Assembly (NCBI GenBank): GCA_963769885.1
Contig: CAVYNH010000007.1
Location: forward strand, 192,001-256,000
From: Methanobacteriota archaeon
GTDB taxonomy: Archaea; Thermoplasmatota; E2; DHVEG-1
Direction: 5' to 3'
Length of the DNA stretch: 64,000 bases
Shown: in pieces, positions 16,603 to 25,163 of the stretch
Position numbering within the stretch: position 1 is the stretch's first letter
Layout of the letters: each line of letters begins with the position of its first letter
The notes under the pieces: generated by a model
The model's input: the letters and a program-made list of their open reading frames with translations, nothing else
Told to the model about the DNA's origin: nothing
Databases searched by the model: none
Made by a program: the position numbers and the translations under genes

Positions 16603-19248
16603 CTAAGTGAGACCGACCCAGAAGAGGAACACGAAGCCGGTCGCTGTTTTTGAGTGTTCCGGGGCGTCGTCTGCTTTCACGGTTACGGTGATGAGGATCG
16701 AACCAAGGCCGATGATTGGCATTGCCTGGATGGCCTGTTGCGTCCCGGCTTCAAGAGAATCCAGGGTTCCAGTAACAGATCTTCCTTTTAGGATAATTCC
16801 GCCAGTTAGATTGACGATCCAGGAGACATTTGTGGCTGGTCCCGTCCCGTTATTTGACAGCTCGGTGGCCACTCCGAAGAATCCTCCGGTGAGGGGACCG
16901 AGGGTGAGGTCTGGTTTGTATTCATTGATCGTGACTGTCAAAGGTGAAGACCAGTTGCTTTGGAATCCGACGGTGTCCTTGGCTTTGACCTTCACGTCAT
17001 AGGTGCCGGGGGTGACCCAGGTGAAGGAGACTTCGACGGTCGCGCCTGAGTCGAACGGCCCCGCCCAGTCCAGTATTGATGAGCCGAACTGCCATTGGTA
17101 CCAGACTTGATCGCCGTCAGGGTCAGTGGTGTTCGTTGAGTAGGTGTACTCCACATTTGTTTTTCCCGCGGTGGCTCCTGCTGGTTTCATGGGCGTTGCT
17201 GGCGGGTTGTCATCTCCGACGATGACGGTTGCGGTGTTCTCTGAAGGGAGGTAGTTCTGTTTTGTGACGGTGACAGACATGCTGCCTGGTGTTCCCGGGG
17301 AGGGGGTGAAGCTGGCGACGCCGTTTTCATTGGTCATGCCGACGAGGTAGACTTCGGAGCCTTTCCAGAGGCAGACGGTCGCTTGGTTCACGGGGCTTCC
17401 GTTGGCGGTGACGGTGACGGTGAAATCAGTTGTTCCGATGGGGAGCTGTGTGGGGTAGTTGACGGCGAGCGTGCCGGGGTCGGCGAGCCAGATCGGCAGC
17501 TCCGGGTCTCCGAGGAGCGTGAGCTCGGTGAAGATGTAGCGGTAGTAATCGTCGATATTGACGGCATCGTTCTTATGGTCGGTGAAGGCTTCGCCGAGTC
17601 GGTAGTAGCCTTGGTTGAAGAGGGAGCGGAAGAAGTAGGTGTCGAACTTCATGGAAAGGGTGTTGTAGGATCCGGCGCTGTACCATCCGTAGCGGCTGTT
17701 ACCGATGAAGGCGATGCCACCGCCGTTGCTGTCACGGACGAAGTGTTCGGCGATGCAGTTGGAGGCGTCGAAGGCGCACGGGTCACAGCCCATGCTGTAG
17801 AAGATGCCTTGTTTGTTGCCGTTATTGAGGGCGTCCATGTCGCTGGGGCTGAGGCCCCAGTTGTGGTTGAGGTAGCCGGTGCCCATGTAGTCGTCGGCGG
17901 AGTGGTCGGCGTGGTTCATGAGGTTCTGGCCGGCGTTGATGGCGGCGATGACGTTGGTCTTATGGTTGCCGGTCTGGCTGTCGTAGACGTTGGTCATGGT
18001 CCAGCTGGCGGGGATATAGGTGTTGTCAATGGTGATCTTGCATTGTTCGGCGTGGGTGCTGGAGTCGAGGTCGAAGCCGAACATGGCGGCTTTGGTGGCG
18101 TAGTTCGTCAGGGGCGGTGATTTCTCATAGGTGAGGATCTTGTTGATGAAGGTGCCGATCTGGCCGGTGCCGGTGCCTGGTCCGGTGACGGAGGCGCGTC
18201 CGACATTGACTTCGCAGAGCCAGTCGCTGTCGAAGTCCGCGTAATAGGTGTCGTTGGGGACGGGGTCAGGGTCGACGCTGGAGAAGGTCCGGGTGCTGCA
18301 GGGGACGGTGCCGGTGTCGCCGCCGAGGAGGAAGAAGGTGGCGCCCCAATTGGTATAGGCGTCTTGGATGAAGGCTCTGATTTTTTCTTGGTTTGTTCCG
18401 GTGTAGCCGCCTTGGTTGTAGATCCAGTCGGTGGTGACGATGGTGGCGGGGACGCCTTTTTCGGTCTTCCAGTCAGCGAGAGGCTGGAAGGCGGTGACCC
18501 AGCTGGAGGAGGTGATTATGACGTAGTCGTAGTCTCCGGCGGGGACGCCGGTGGTGTGGGGCCGGGGGTCGGTCTGAAGTTGGACGTTATTGGTATTGAT
18601 GACCATGTTTTTTACATGACTGGTGAGGGTCTGTCGGTCCGTGGTTGTTATCCGGCGGGGGAGGTAGTCTCCGTAGGTGTAGCCGGGGGTGGTTTGGATG
18701 GTGAGAGTGACGGAGGTGAGGAGTCGGAGTTGGTGGGCGTGTCCGACGTAGCGGAGAGGGTAGACGGTGAGTTCGGCCATGGCTTGGCCGACGAGGTCGG
18801 ATTGTCCCGTGAGGGTGATGAATGTGTTGGGGTAGGGGCTGGTGGATTGGTAGACGGTGGGGTCGGGGGCGGCGAAGGTGGTGTCTTTGGAGTTCATGGT
18901 TGTTGGCGGTTGGGCGGGGTAAATGGTGTAAGTGCCTTGGAGGGTCTGTTCATGGGTGTCGGTGACTTTGACGGCGGTGGCGGTGACGTTGGGGGGGAGG
19001 GCGATGCGGATGGGGACAGTGGGGAGCATGGGTTTGGCGGGGTCGGTGAGGAGGCTGCCGTTTTGGATGCTGACGCGGTTGTAGCCGTTGATGGTGTCGA
19101 AAGTAAAATCGGATTGGGTGAAGGTGAGGGTCACCGTGATGTTATCGGTGGGGTCTGCGCGGGCTATGTTATGGGTGAAAAATGGGCAGGTGAGAAGGGT
19201 GCTGATGGCGAGTGCGACAGCGAGTGATTTAATAAAGGTCGCGTGGAT
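16603..19248 (-). CDS. Secreted gingipain-like C25 cysteine peptidase with propeptide, Ig and PKD domains and a C-terminal tail domain
   Basis: YVIIT, LLGGD, DTYYAD, VGRA, NHADH, SMGC and LLGDPEL motifs; the signal peptide lies upstream of GTG 19134 in the same open frame (candidate ATC start 19248). Confidence 0.88.
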   Translation of the reverse strand: MHATFIKSLAVALAISTLLTCPFFTHNIARADPTDNITVTLTFTQSDFTFDTINGYNRVSIQNGSLLTDPAKPMLPTVPIRIALPPNVTATAVKVTDTHEQTLQGTYTIYPAQPPTTMNSKDTTFAAPDPTVYQSTSPYPNTFITLTGQSDLVGQAMAELTVYPLRYVGHAHQLRLLTSVTLTIQTTPGYTYGDYLPRRITTTDRQTLTSHVKNMVINTNNVQLQTDPRPHTTGVPAGDYDYVIITSSSWVTAFQPLADWKTEKGVPATIVTTDWIYNQGGYTGTNQEKIRAFIQDAYTNWGATFFLLGGDTGTVPCSTRTFSSVDPDPVPNDTYYADFDSDWLCEVNVGRASVTGPGTGTGQIGTFINKILTYEKSPPLTNYATKAAMFGFDLDSSTHAEQCKITIDNTYIPASWTMTNVYDSQTGNHKTNVIAAINAGQNLMNHADHSADDYMGTGYLNHNWGLSPSDMDALNNGNKQGIFYSMGCDPCAFDASNCIAEHFVRDSNGGGIAFIGNSRYGWYSAGSYNTLSMKFDTYFFRSLFNQGYYRLGEAFTDHKNDAVNIDDYYRYIFTELTLLGDPELPIWLADPGTLAVNYPTQLPIGTTDFTVTVTANGSPVNQATVCLWKGSEVYLVGMTNENGVASFTPSPGTPGSMSVTVTKQNYLPSENTATVIVGDDNPPATPMKPAGATAGKTNVEYTYSTNTTDPDGDQVWYQWQFGSSILDWAGPFDSGATVEVSFTWVTPGTYDVKVKAKDTVGFQSNWSSPLTVTINEYKPDLTLGPLTGGFFGVATELSNNGTGPATNVSWIVNLTGGIILKGRSVTGTLDSLEAGTQQAIQAMPIIGLGSILITVTVKADDAPEHSKTATGFVFLFWVGLT

Positions 19249-19325
19249 TAGGAATACCCCCTTTTTGATTCTAATACGTCTTAGTGGATATATATAGTTT
19301 CCTGGAGTGCCCCAGAAGGAGGGGG

Positions 19326-20795
19326 CTAGGGTTGTTTCTTGGGCGTGATTGTGATGTTTTCGGTGATGTCGGCGAGGCGTTTGGCGAGGGCGATGTAGTG
19401 GTCAATGTCGATGGCGGTATTGATGACGTGTTTGGCGCCGTCGGGGCTGCCGCCGCCGTGCATGCAGCCGGGGACGCCGCTGCCGATGGTGAGCCATTCG
19501 ATGAGTCGGGCGATCTTGGCGCGGGTCTCGCCGGTGCAGTTGGCGGTGAGGTATTTTTTGAGGAGGTCGCCGTAGCGGGGGTCGTTGAGGTCTGTGCAGC
19601 TGGGGAGGCAGCCGGTTTCGGCGATGCCGCCGGCGATCTCCTGGGCAAGGCGTTTGGTTTCGTAGGGGAGGGTGGCGACGTGGACTTTGTTGATGTTGGA
19701 GAGGAGTTGGCTGGGGATCCAGACACCGGAGGGATGCTTGGTGCCGAGGACGCCGGCCGCGATGCCCATACCAAACGTGGTCTCGTTGTTGATGACCATC
19801 TGGGTGAGTTTGTCGCGGAAGGTTTTTTCGCTGAGGCCGTTGGCGCGGGCCATGAGGGCGGCGGCGCCGACCATGACGTCGCCTTGGCCGGCGACGCAGC
19901 CGCCGATAGCGGCTCGATAGGGGGCGATGAAGTTCATGACGGCGGCGGCGGTGTGATCTGCTTCGCCGTTGAGGAAGACGCGGTCGGTGGGGATGAAGAC
20001 GTCGTCGAAGAGGAGGTAGGCTTGGGTGATGCCGCCGATACTGACGGGGTTGTCGAATCCTTCTTCGAGCTCGCGGGTGTCGCTGGGGCGGCGGGCTTCG
20101 ACGATGGTGAGGCCTTGGATGTCGCGGGGGATGGCGAAGCTGACGGCGTAGGCTTTGTCTGGTTCTTTGTAGCCGGAGCCTGGCATGATGAAGAGTTCGT
20201 TGGCGGCGGCGACGCCGCAGATCATGACTTTGGCGCCGCGGACGGTGATACCGTCCTTGGTTTCGTTGCTGATGTGGAGGCTGAGGTCGGGGTCTTTCTG
20301 CTGGCTGGGAGTTTTGCTGCGGTCTCCTTTGGGGTCGGTGAGGGCGCCGGCGAGGGTGATGTCGCGGGTTTGGGCGTCCTTAAGCCAGGCGCGGAGGCGG
20401 TCGTGGTAGTGGGTGTGTTTGGCTTTGTCGATGTCGTAGGTGGCGGCCCACATGGCGTTGAGGGCGTTGAAGCCGGCGCAGCGTCCACCGGTGCAGGTGC
20501 CGGTGAGGTTGAACATGAGGCGTTTCATTTTGAGGTTGGCGATCATGTCCTCAGGGGATGAAATGATGGAGAGATAGCGGCTTACACGGGTGTTAGTGAG
20601 AGGGCTGATGGTGGTGAGGATATCCTGGTACTTGGGGTCGAGAGAAGCTTGGAAGATCTGGGCGTGGCCTTCGACGGTGCGTCTGGTGGCGGGGTGGGTG
20701 GTGACGTCTTTGATGAGTTCGCCGAATTTGTAGATGTTGGCCCGCATTTGTTGAAGGCTGCGTTTGTATTCCTCTGGTGTCTTCATTGAGTTCAC
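19326..20795 (-). CDS. Divergent 4-hydroxybutyryl-CoA dehydratase (AbfD)/HpaB-fold family protein
   Basis: LTDPKGDRS, VRGAK, GGC and MHGGGSP motifs; several catalytic positions substituted. Confidence 0.8.
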   Translation of the reverse strand: MNSMKTPEEYKRSLQQMRANIYKFGELIKDVTTHPATRRTVEGHAQIFQASLDPKYQDILTTISPLTNTRVSRYLSIISSPEDMIANLKMKRLMFNLTGTCTGGRCAGFNALNAMWAATYDIDKAKHTHYHDRLRAWLKDAQTRDITLAGALTDPKGDRSKTPSQQKDPDLSLHISNETKDGITVRGAKVMICGVAAANELFIMPGSGYKEPDKAYAVSFAIPRDIQGLTIVEARRPSDTRELEEGFDNPVSIGGITQAYLLFDDVFIPTDRVFLNGEADHTAAAVMNFIAPYRAAIGGCVAGQGDVMVGAAALMARANGLSEKTFRDKLTQMVINNETTFGMGIAAGVLGTKHPSGVWIPSQLLSNINKVHVATLPYETKRLAQEIAGGIAETGCLPSCTDLNDPRYGDLLKKYLTANCTGETRAKIARLIEWLTIGSGVPGCMHGGGSPDGAKHVINTAIDIDHYIALAKRLADITENITITPKKQP

Positions 20796-20927
20796 CTTTG
20801 TTTAATGCTCCCTTATGTCTGTATTAACGAGGGTAAAGAGAGGTTATTGAATAAATGTCGCCCTTTGCAAAGTCGGATAGTGTTATTAAAGGGAAGGTTG
20901 TTCTAAGATTGAAAGGAGGATCTATCT

Positions 20928-22862
20928 ATGCTTAAGAAAGGGTTTGCTGTCGGCATCGTTTTCTTATTTCTCATCACGATTTTTCCATATAGTTACCTTT
21001 TACATTCTGAAGTCGAGGCAACGCATTCTGAGTGCAACTCCTCTGGAAATTTTTCAGCATTGGTTCGTTTACTTTTTCCTCATCATATGAATAATGAGAG
21101 CTTGAAACCTTATATCGAAAAATATTCTTTGATTGAACGGGATAGAGAAAAGGAATCATTGCAGGATGTTTCGCCAAGCAACTATGTTCAGGCTTTATCT
21201 CCGAAATCCGAAGAAGGACTAATGGATTCACCATGGCCGATGTTTTGCCACGATCTCAATCATTCAGGGCAAAGTCCTTTTAGTACGGAAAATACCACCG
21301 TTTTAGAAAAATGGAGATTTATAACTTCGTACGGAGTCGAAGGATCGCCTATCCTTGGAAAAGATGGGACGGTTTATGTTGGTGACTTTGAAGGATATTT
21401 CAACGCACTTCTCCCCAATGGGACCTTAAAATGGAGATTCCCAACAGCCGGAGATATTTGGTGTGCAGCTGCCCTGGACGATAATGAGACCATATATTTT
21501 GGAACCTTCGCTAAGGGCTTCTATGCCCTTTACCCGAATGGCACTCAAAAGTGGTATATTGGTGGAAAAGGGAAAGCTTCTTCACCAGCGATAGCCAGTG
21601 ATGGCACTATTATTTATTCGGATATGGGGGGAAAAATTACATCTCTGTATCCGAATAATGGAACTATCAAATGGTCATATCAGACCGGAGATACAATTAC
21701 TACTTCTCCTGCCATAGCTCAAGATGGTACGATTTATTGTAGTTCATTTGATGGCTACTTATATGCCTTGAATCCTAATGGAACTTTGAAGTGGAGATTC
21801 CTTTTTCATGCTTGGGAATGGAGTCATGGTTCACCAACAATAGCAGCTGATGGGACCATTTACTTTGGTGCAGATGATGATTATCTTTATGCCGTTAATC
21901 CAAATGGGTCTTTGAAATGGAAATTGAGAACAGGTGCGTTCAGTCAGAGTCCTGCTCTTGATAAAAACGGGATTATCTATATTGGAACTGTATGGAATTG
22001 GGTGGATGCCGTATATCCTAATGGAACAATGAAATGGTCTTTCAACCTTGGTTCAGGAGATACTTGGTTATCCTCAATTGCTATTTCAAAAGAAGGAACA
22101 CTGTACGTAGGTGTACAAGATGGTGGAGCTTATGTCGGGGGCGGAGATATTCTTGCCCTTAACCCAAATGGAACACAATTGTGGAGAAAAAGGATTGGAA
22201 CAGCTTTCGCCGAATCAGCGCCTTGCATTGGAAAGGATGGCACCGTTTATATAGGGTCTAGTTCGGATAGAAGAAAAGGACCTGGAAATAATTGGATGTC
22301 AATTGGGTATGTCCACGCTTTTGGTCCAGTGCAATCAAATCACAAACCCAATCCTCCACTGATTTTAGGTGATAACTATGGCTATCCCAGAGTTGAAAGA
22401 GACCATTGGTTCAAGGGGTTTGACCAAGACAACAATCCATTGGAACTCTATGTAGATTGGGGCGATGGCACTTTTGCTAACTGGAGCGGCGAGTACGCGC
22501 CTAATGAGCTTGTTGTGCTGGCTCATAAATGGACGAGGTATGGCAATTACACCGTTCGAGCAAAAGTCAGAGATGTTTTTGGTGAAGAAAGTGATTGGAG
22601 CACTTTCCACTATAGAGTATGTGGAATCCCCTTACATTTGGCTCTCTACAATGGAACAATCTATGATTGGTATGATTATTGTAATGGTGTAGTTCGCTTC
22701 AAAGCTAAAGACCTCGTTCTATTCAATCTATTTCCTCCATTAATTCGACATTGTCAATCAGGCGAAGAGATATACATTATAATAGGACAAGAATTTCAAG
22801 CCCCTCACAACAATTATGATTTCGGCATTATTTATAAAGGATTTGTCAAGATTCGAGATTAA
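20928..22862 (+). CDS. Secreted PQQ-like beta-propeller repeat protein with PKD domain (AT-rich gene)
   Basis: SPWPMFCHD; repeated SP.I..DGTIY.G..D.YLYA.NPNG.LKW; DWGDG...W...GNY.V.AK.RD. Confidence 0.85.
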   Translation: MLKKGFAVGIVFLFLITIFPYSYLLHSEVEATHSECNSSGNFSALVRLLFPHHMNNESLKPYIEKYSLIERDREKESLQDVSPSNYVQALSPKSEEGLMDSPWPMFCHDLNHSGQSPFSTENTTVLEKWRFITSYGVEGSPILGKDGTVYVGDFEGYFNALLPNGTLKWRFPTAGDIWCAAALDDNETIYFGTFAKGFYALYPNGTQKWYIGGKGKASSPAIASDGTIIYSDMGGKITSLYPNNGTIKWSYQTGDTITTSPAIAQDGTIYCSSFDGYLYALNPNGTLKWRFLFHAWEWSHGSPTIAADGTIYFGADDDYLYAVNPNGSLKWKLRTGAFSQSPALDKNGIIYIGTVWNWVDAVYPNGTMKWSFNLGSGDTWLSSIAISKEGTLYVGVQDGGAYVGGGDILALNPNGTQLWRKRIGTAFAESAPCIGKDGTVYIGSSSDRRKGPGNNWMSIGYVHAFGPVQSNHKPNPPLILGDNYGYPRVERDHWFKGFDQDNNPLELYVDWGDGTFANWSGEYAPNELVVLAHKWTRYGNYTVRAKVRDVFGEESDWSTFHYRVCGIPLHLALYNGTIYDWYDYCNGVVRFKAKDLVLFNLFPPLIRHCQSGEEIYIIIGQEFQAPHNNYDFGIIYKGFVKIRD

Positions 22863-23386
22863 ACCCTTAACTTTAATTCCCATTCGCACCAGTTGTCGGG
22901 CTGGTGGGGGTCGGGGGGGCAATGAGCGCAGGTGAGCTGAAGGGCGGGGTTGAGTTCGTGGAAGAAGGCGGTGAGGAAGCCGAGGCGGACGGGTTTGCAG
23001 CCGAATTCGGTGAGTCCTTTGGAGAGCCTGGTGGTCTGGACGCGACAGCGGCGGTTGCGGATGACGGCGTTGATCTTGTCGATTTCGACTTCTTTGTCTT
23101 CGAGGTCGAGGGCCCAGCCGGTGAACTGTAAGAGTTTCATCGCGGTCGGGACATCGATGGTCTTGGGTTGGAAAAATTCTTTGAGCTTGAGGGCCTCGAT
23201 TTTACCCATGACGCTCCAAACTTTGGCATCGATCTCGGTGGCGGTTTCTGTGCCGTATTCTTCTTCGATGCCGAGGAAGTAGAGGCCGTCGACCGCCCAG
23301 AGGTTCCGAAGCTGCATGAAGAGAAATTCGGTCTGTTTTTCTGCGGGAAGCTCTGCCAGCAATTTTCTATCGAGGGCTCGAGTCAT
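22859..23386 (-). CDS. DUF6125-like protein
   Basis: W.AVDGLYF..IEE.YG, CRVQ..R...G...F.C and CPPD......CEW motifs. Confidence 0.7.
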   Translation of the reverse strand: MTRALDRKLLAELPAEKQTEFLFMQLRNLWAVDGLYFLGIEEEYGTETATEIDAKVWSVMGKIEALKLKEFFQPKTIDVPTAMKLLQFTGWALDLEDKEVEIDKINAVIRNRRCRVQTTRLSKGLTEFGCKPVRLGFLTAFFHELNPALQLTCAHCPPDPHQPDNWCEWELKLRV

Positions 23387-23439
23387 TCAACGATCTCCTG
23401 GGAAAAGACAGAAAAAGGGGAGATAAGGGCAGCGGCGGC

Positions 23440-24393
23440 TCATGCCGAGTGCCCTTTCACGGCTTCGGTCAGTTTGGGGAGGACCTGATACAAGTCACCG
23501 ACGATGCCGTAGTCCGCGGACTTGAAGATGAGCGCGTCGGGGTCCTTGTTGATGGCGACGACGACGCCGGAGTCGCGCATGCCTGCGATGTGCTGAATCT
23601 GCCCGGAGATGCCGCAGGCGACGTACAGCTTCGGCTTGACCTTGTGGCCGGAGAGCCCAATCCAGTGGTCCTCGGAGAGCCATTTGAGGTCCGCGGAGAT
23701 GGGCCGACTGCAGCCGATTGTTTTGCCTTTGAGGGCGGCGGCGAGGTCGCTGATCAACTGAATGTCGGTCTTGTTCTTCAGGCCGCGGCCGCAGGAGACG
23801 ATAATCTCCGCATCCTCGACGTGCACGCCTTCGCTGGCGGCCTCGTGGACGGACTGGATCTTCGAGGGATACTCCTTGAGCGTCACCTGTTTTTTCATGA
23901 TCTGCGCATGGTGCTGGGGATTTTTTGGGAGGGGGTCGGTGGCTCGCGGCGGAATCGTGACGATGGCGGGGGTGGCAGTGAACTGTTCGACGGCGATGCC
24001 GGTGCCGCTGTAGACGATGCGTTCGGCGGTGACGGTCTTGTCGTGGGCGGTGACGTTGGTGGCGTCCATGATGCAGCCGGTGTTAAGGAGAGCGGCGAGC
24101 CGGCCGGCGAGCTCCTTGCCGTTCTTGTCGGAGCCGATGAGGACTACGTCTGGTTTATGCTCGATGATGAGGTCTTTGAGGAGGTTGGCGTATTCCTCGG
24201 CTTTGAATTTCGGGATGTTCGTGGATAGCTCGTGGACGACGTCTGCGCCGTGCGCACCGTACTCCTGCGCGAGGGTGTCGGGGGCGTTGATTGTGACGGC
24301 GTACACCTTGTCGCTGAAGCTGGGTGCGAGTTTCTTGCCGAGCGCGATGAGTTCGAGAGAAAGCCTTTTATCATCTGAGTAGACGAGCACCAT
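23440..24393 (-). CDS. etfA: Electron transfer flavoprotein alpha subunit
   Basis: GRG, IGCSRP, IGLSG..VKPKLY.ACGISGQIQHIAGM, AINKD. Confidence 0.93.
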   Translation of the reverse strand: MVLVYSDDKRLSLELIALGKKLAPSFSDKVYAVTINAPDTLAQEYGAHGADVVHELSTNIPKFKAEEYANLLKDLIIEHKPDVVLIGSDKNGKELAGRLAALLNTGCIMDATNVTAHDKTVTAERIVYSGTGIAVEQFTATPAIVTIPPRATDPLPKNPQHHAQIMKKQVTLKEYPSKIQSVHEAASEGVHVEDAEIIVSCGRGLKNKTDIQLISDLAAALKGKTIGCSRPISADLKWLSEDHWIGLSGHKVKPKLYVACGISGQIQHIAGMRDSGVVVAINKDPDALIFKSADYGIVGDLYQVLPKLTEAVKGHSA

Positions 24394-24398
24394 GGGAA

Positions 24399-25163
24399 TC
24401 ACCTCAGCACTCCTTCCTTTGCAAGGTCGTTGACGAGTTTATGAATGGAGGCGTCCAGGTCATCTTGGTAGACGATGTTCTTGCGGCTCATGGGTACGCC
24501 TTTGATGTCGACGGTCTTCACCTTCGGGGTGAGGAGGCCGCCGGCGAGCTCTTCTGCCTTCCATTCTTTGAGCGGTTTACTGGAGGAAGCGAGGATCTGC
24601 ATGAGGCTGGGCAGTCGGGGCGTGTTGATCTCCTTGGTAACGGTAATCAAGACAGGGTAGGGGGAGGTCTCGGTGACGGCATGGTCGCCGAGGTTGCGCT
24701 CTGCGGTGACATGGTCCTTGTCCACGGTCAGTTTCGTGGTGTAAGTCAACTCTGGGATATCGAGAAGCCCTGCAAGGCGAGGACCTAATTGTCCTGAGAA
24801 GAGGTCGATGGAGGCCTCGCCGCAGAGGATGGCGTCGACCTGCCCGAGTTTCTTGATAGCTGCAGCAAGCAAAGTTGCGGTCCCCGCGTAATCGATATCT
24901 GCGGGGGCGGCAATGACGATTCCTTCGTCCGCGCCCATCGCGAGCAGCTCCTTGATTCGGTCTTTCGCGTCAGGGGTGCCGACGGTCATGACCGTGATGC
25001 GCCCCCCGACCTTCTCTTTCATCTTGATGGCTTCTTCCATCGCGTTCTTGTCGATGTCGCTGATCTTCTTGGCGACGCCGGTGAGCACGGGTTTCTTCGT
25101 CGAGGTATCGACCTTGATTTCGGAGACGTCGACGACTTGCTTGGCACAGACGACAATGTTCAT
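24399..25163 (-). CDS. etfB: Electron transfer flavoprotein beta subunit
   Basis: MNIVVCAKQVVD, LAMGAD, CGEASID...GQ.GP, INTPRLPS. Confidence 0.93.
   Translation of the reverse strand: MNIVVCAKQVVDVSEIKVDTSTKKPVLTGVAKKISDIDKNAMEEAIKMKEKVGGRITVMTVGTPDAKDRIKELLAMGADEGIVIAAPADIDYAGTATLLAAAIKKLGQVDAILCGEASIDLFSGQLGPRLAGLLDIPELTYTTKLTVDKDHVTAERNLGDHAVTETSPYPVLITVTKEINTPRLPSLMQILASSSKPLKEWKAEELAGGLLTPKVKTVDIKGVPMSRKNIVYQDDLDASIHKLVNDLAKEGVLR

Noticed and set aside
21300-22260. Regularly spaced AATGG(A/C/G)AC...AAATGG nucleotide repeats as a CRISPR-like array
   Set aside because: They are degenerate coding repeats of beta-propeller blades (PNGT.KW). No CRISPR array or cas genes were seen anywhere in the window.
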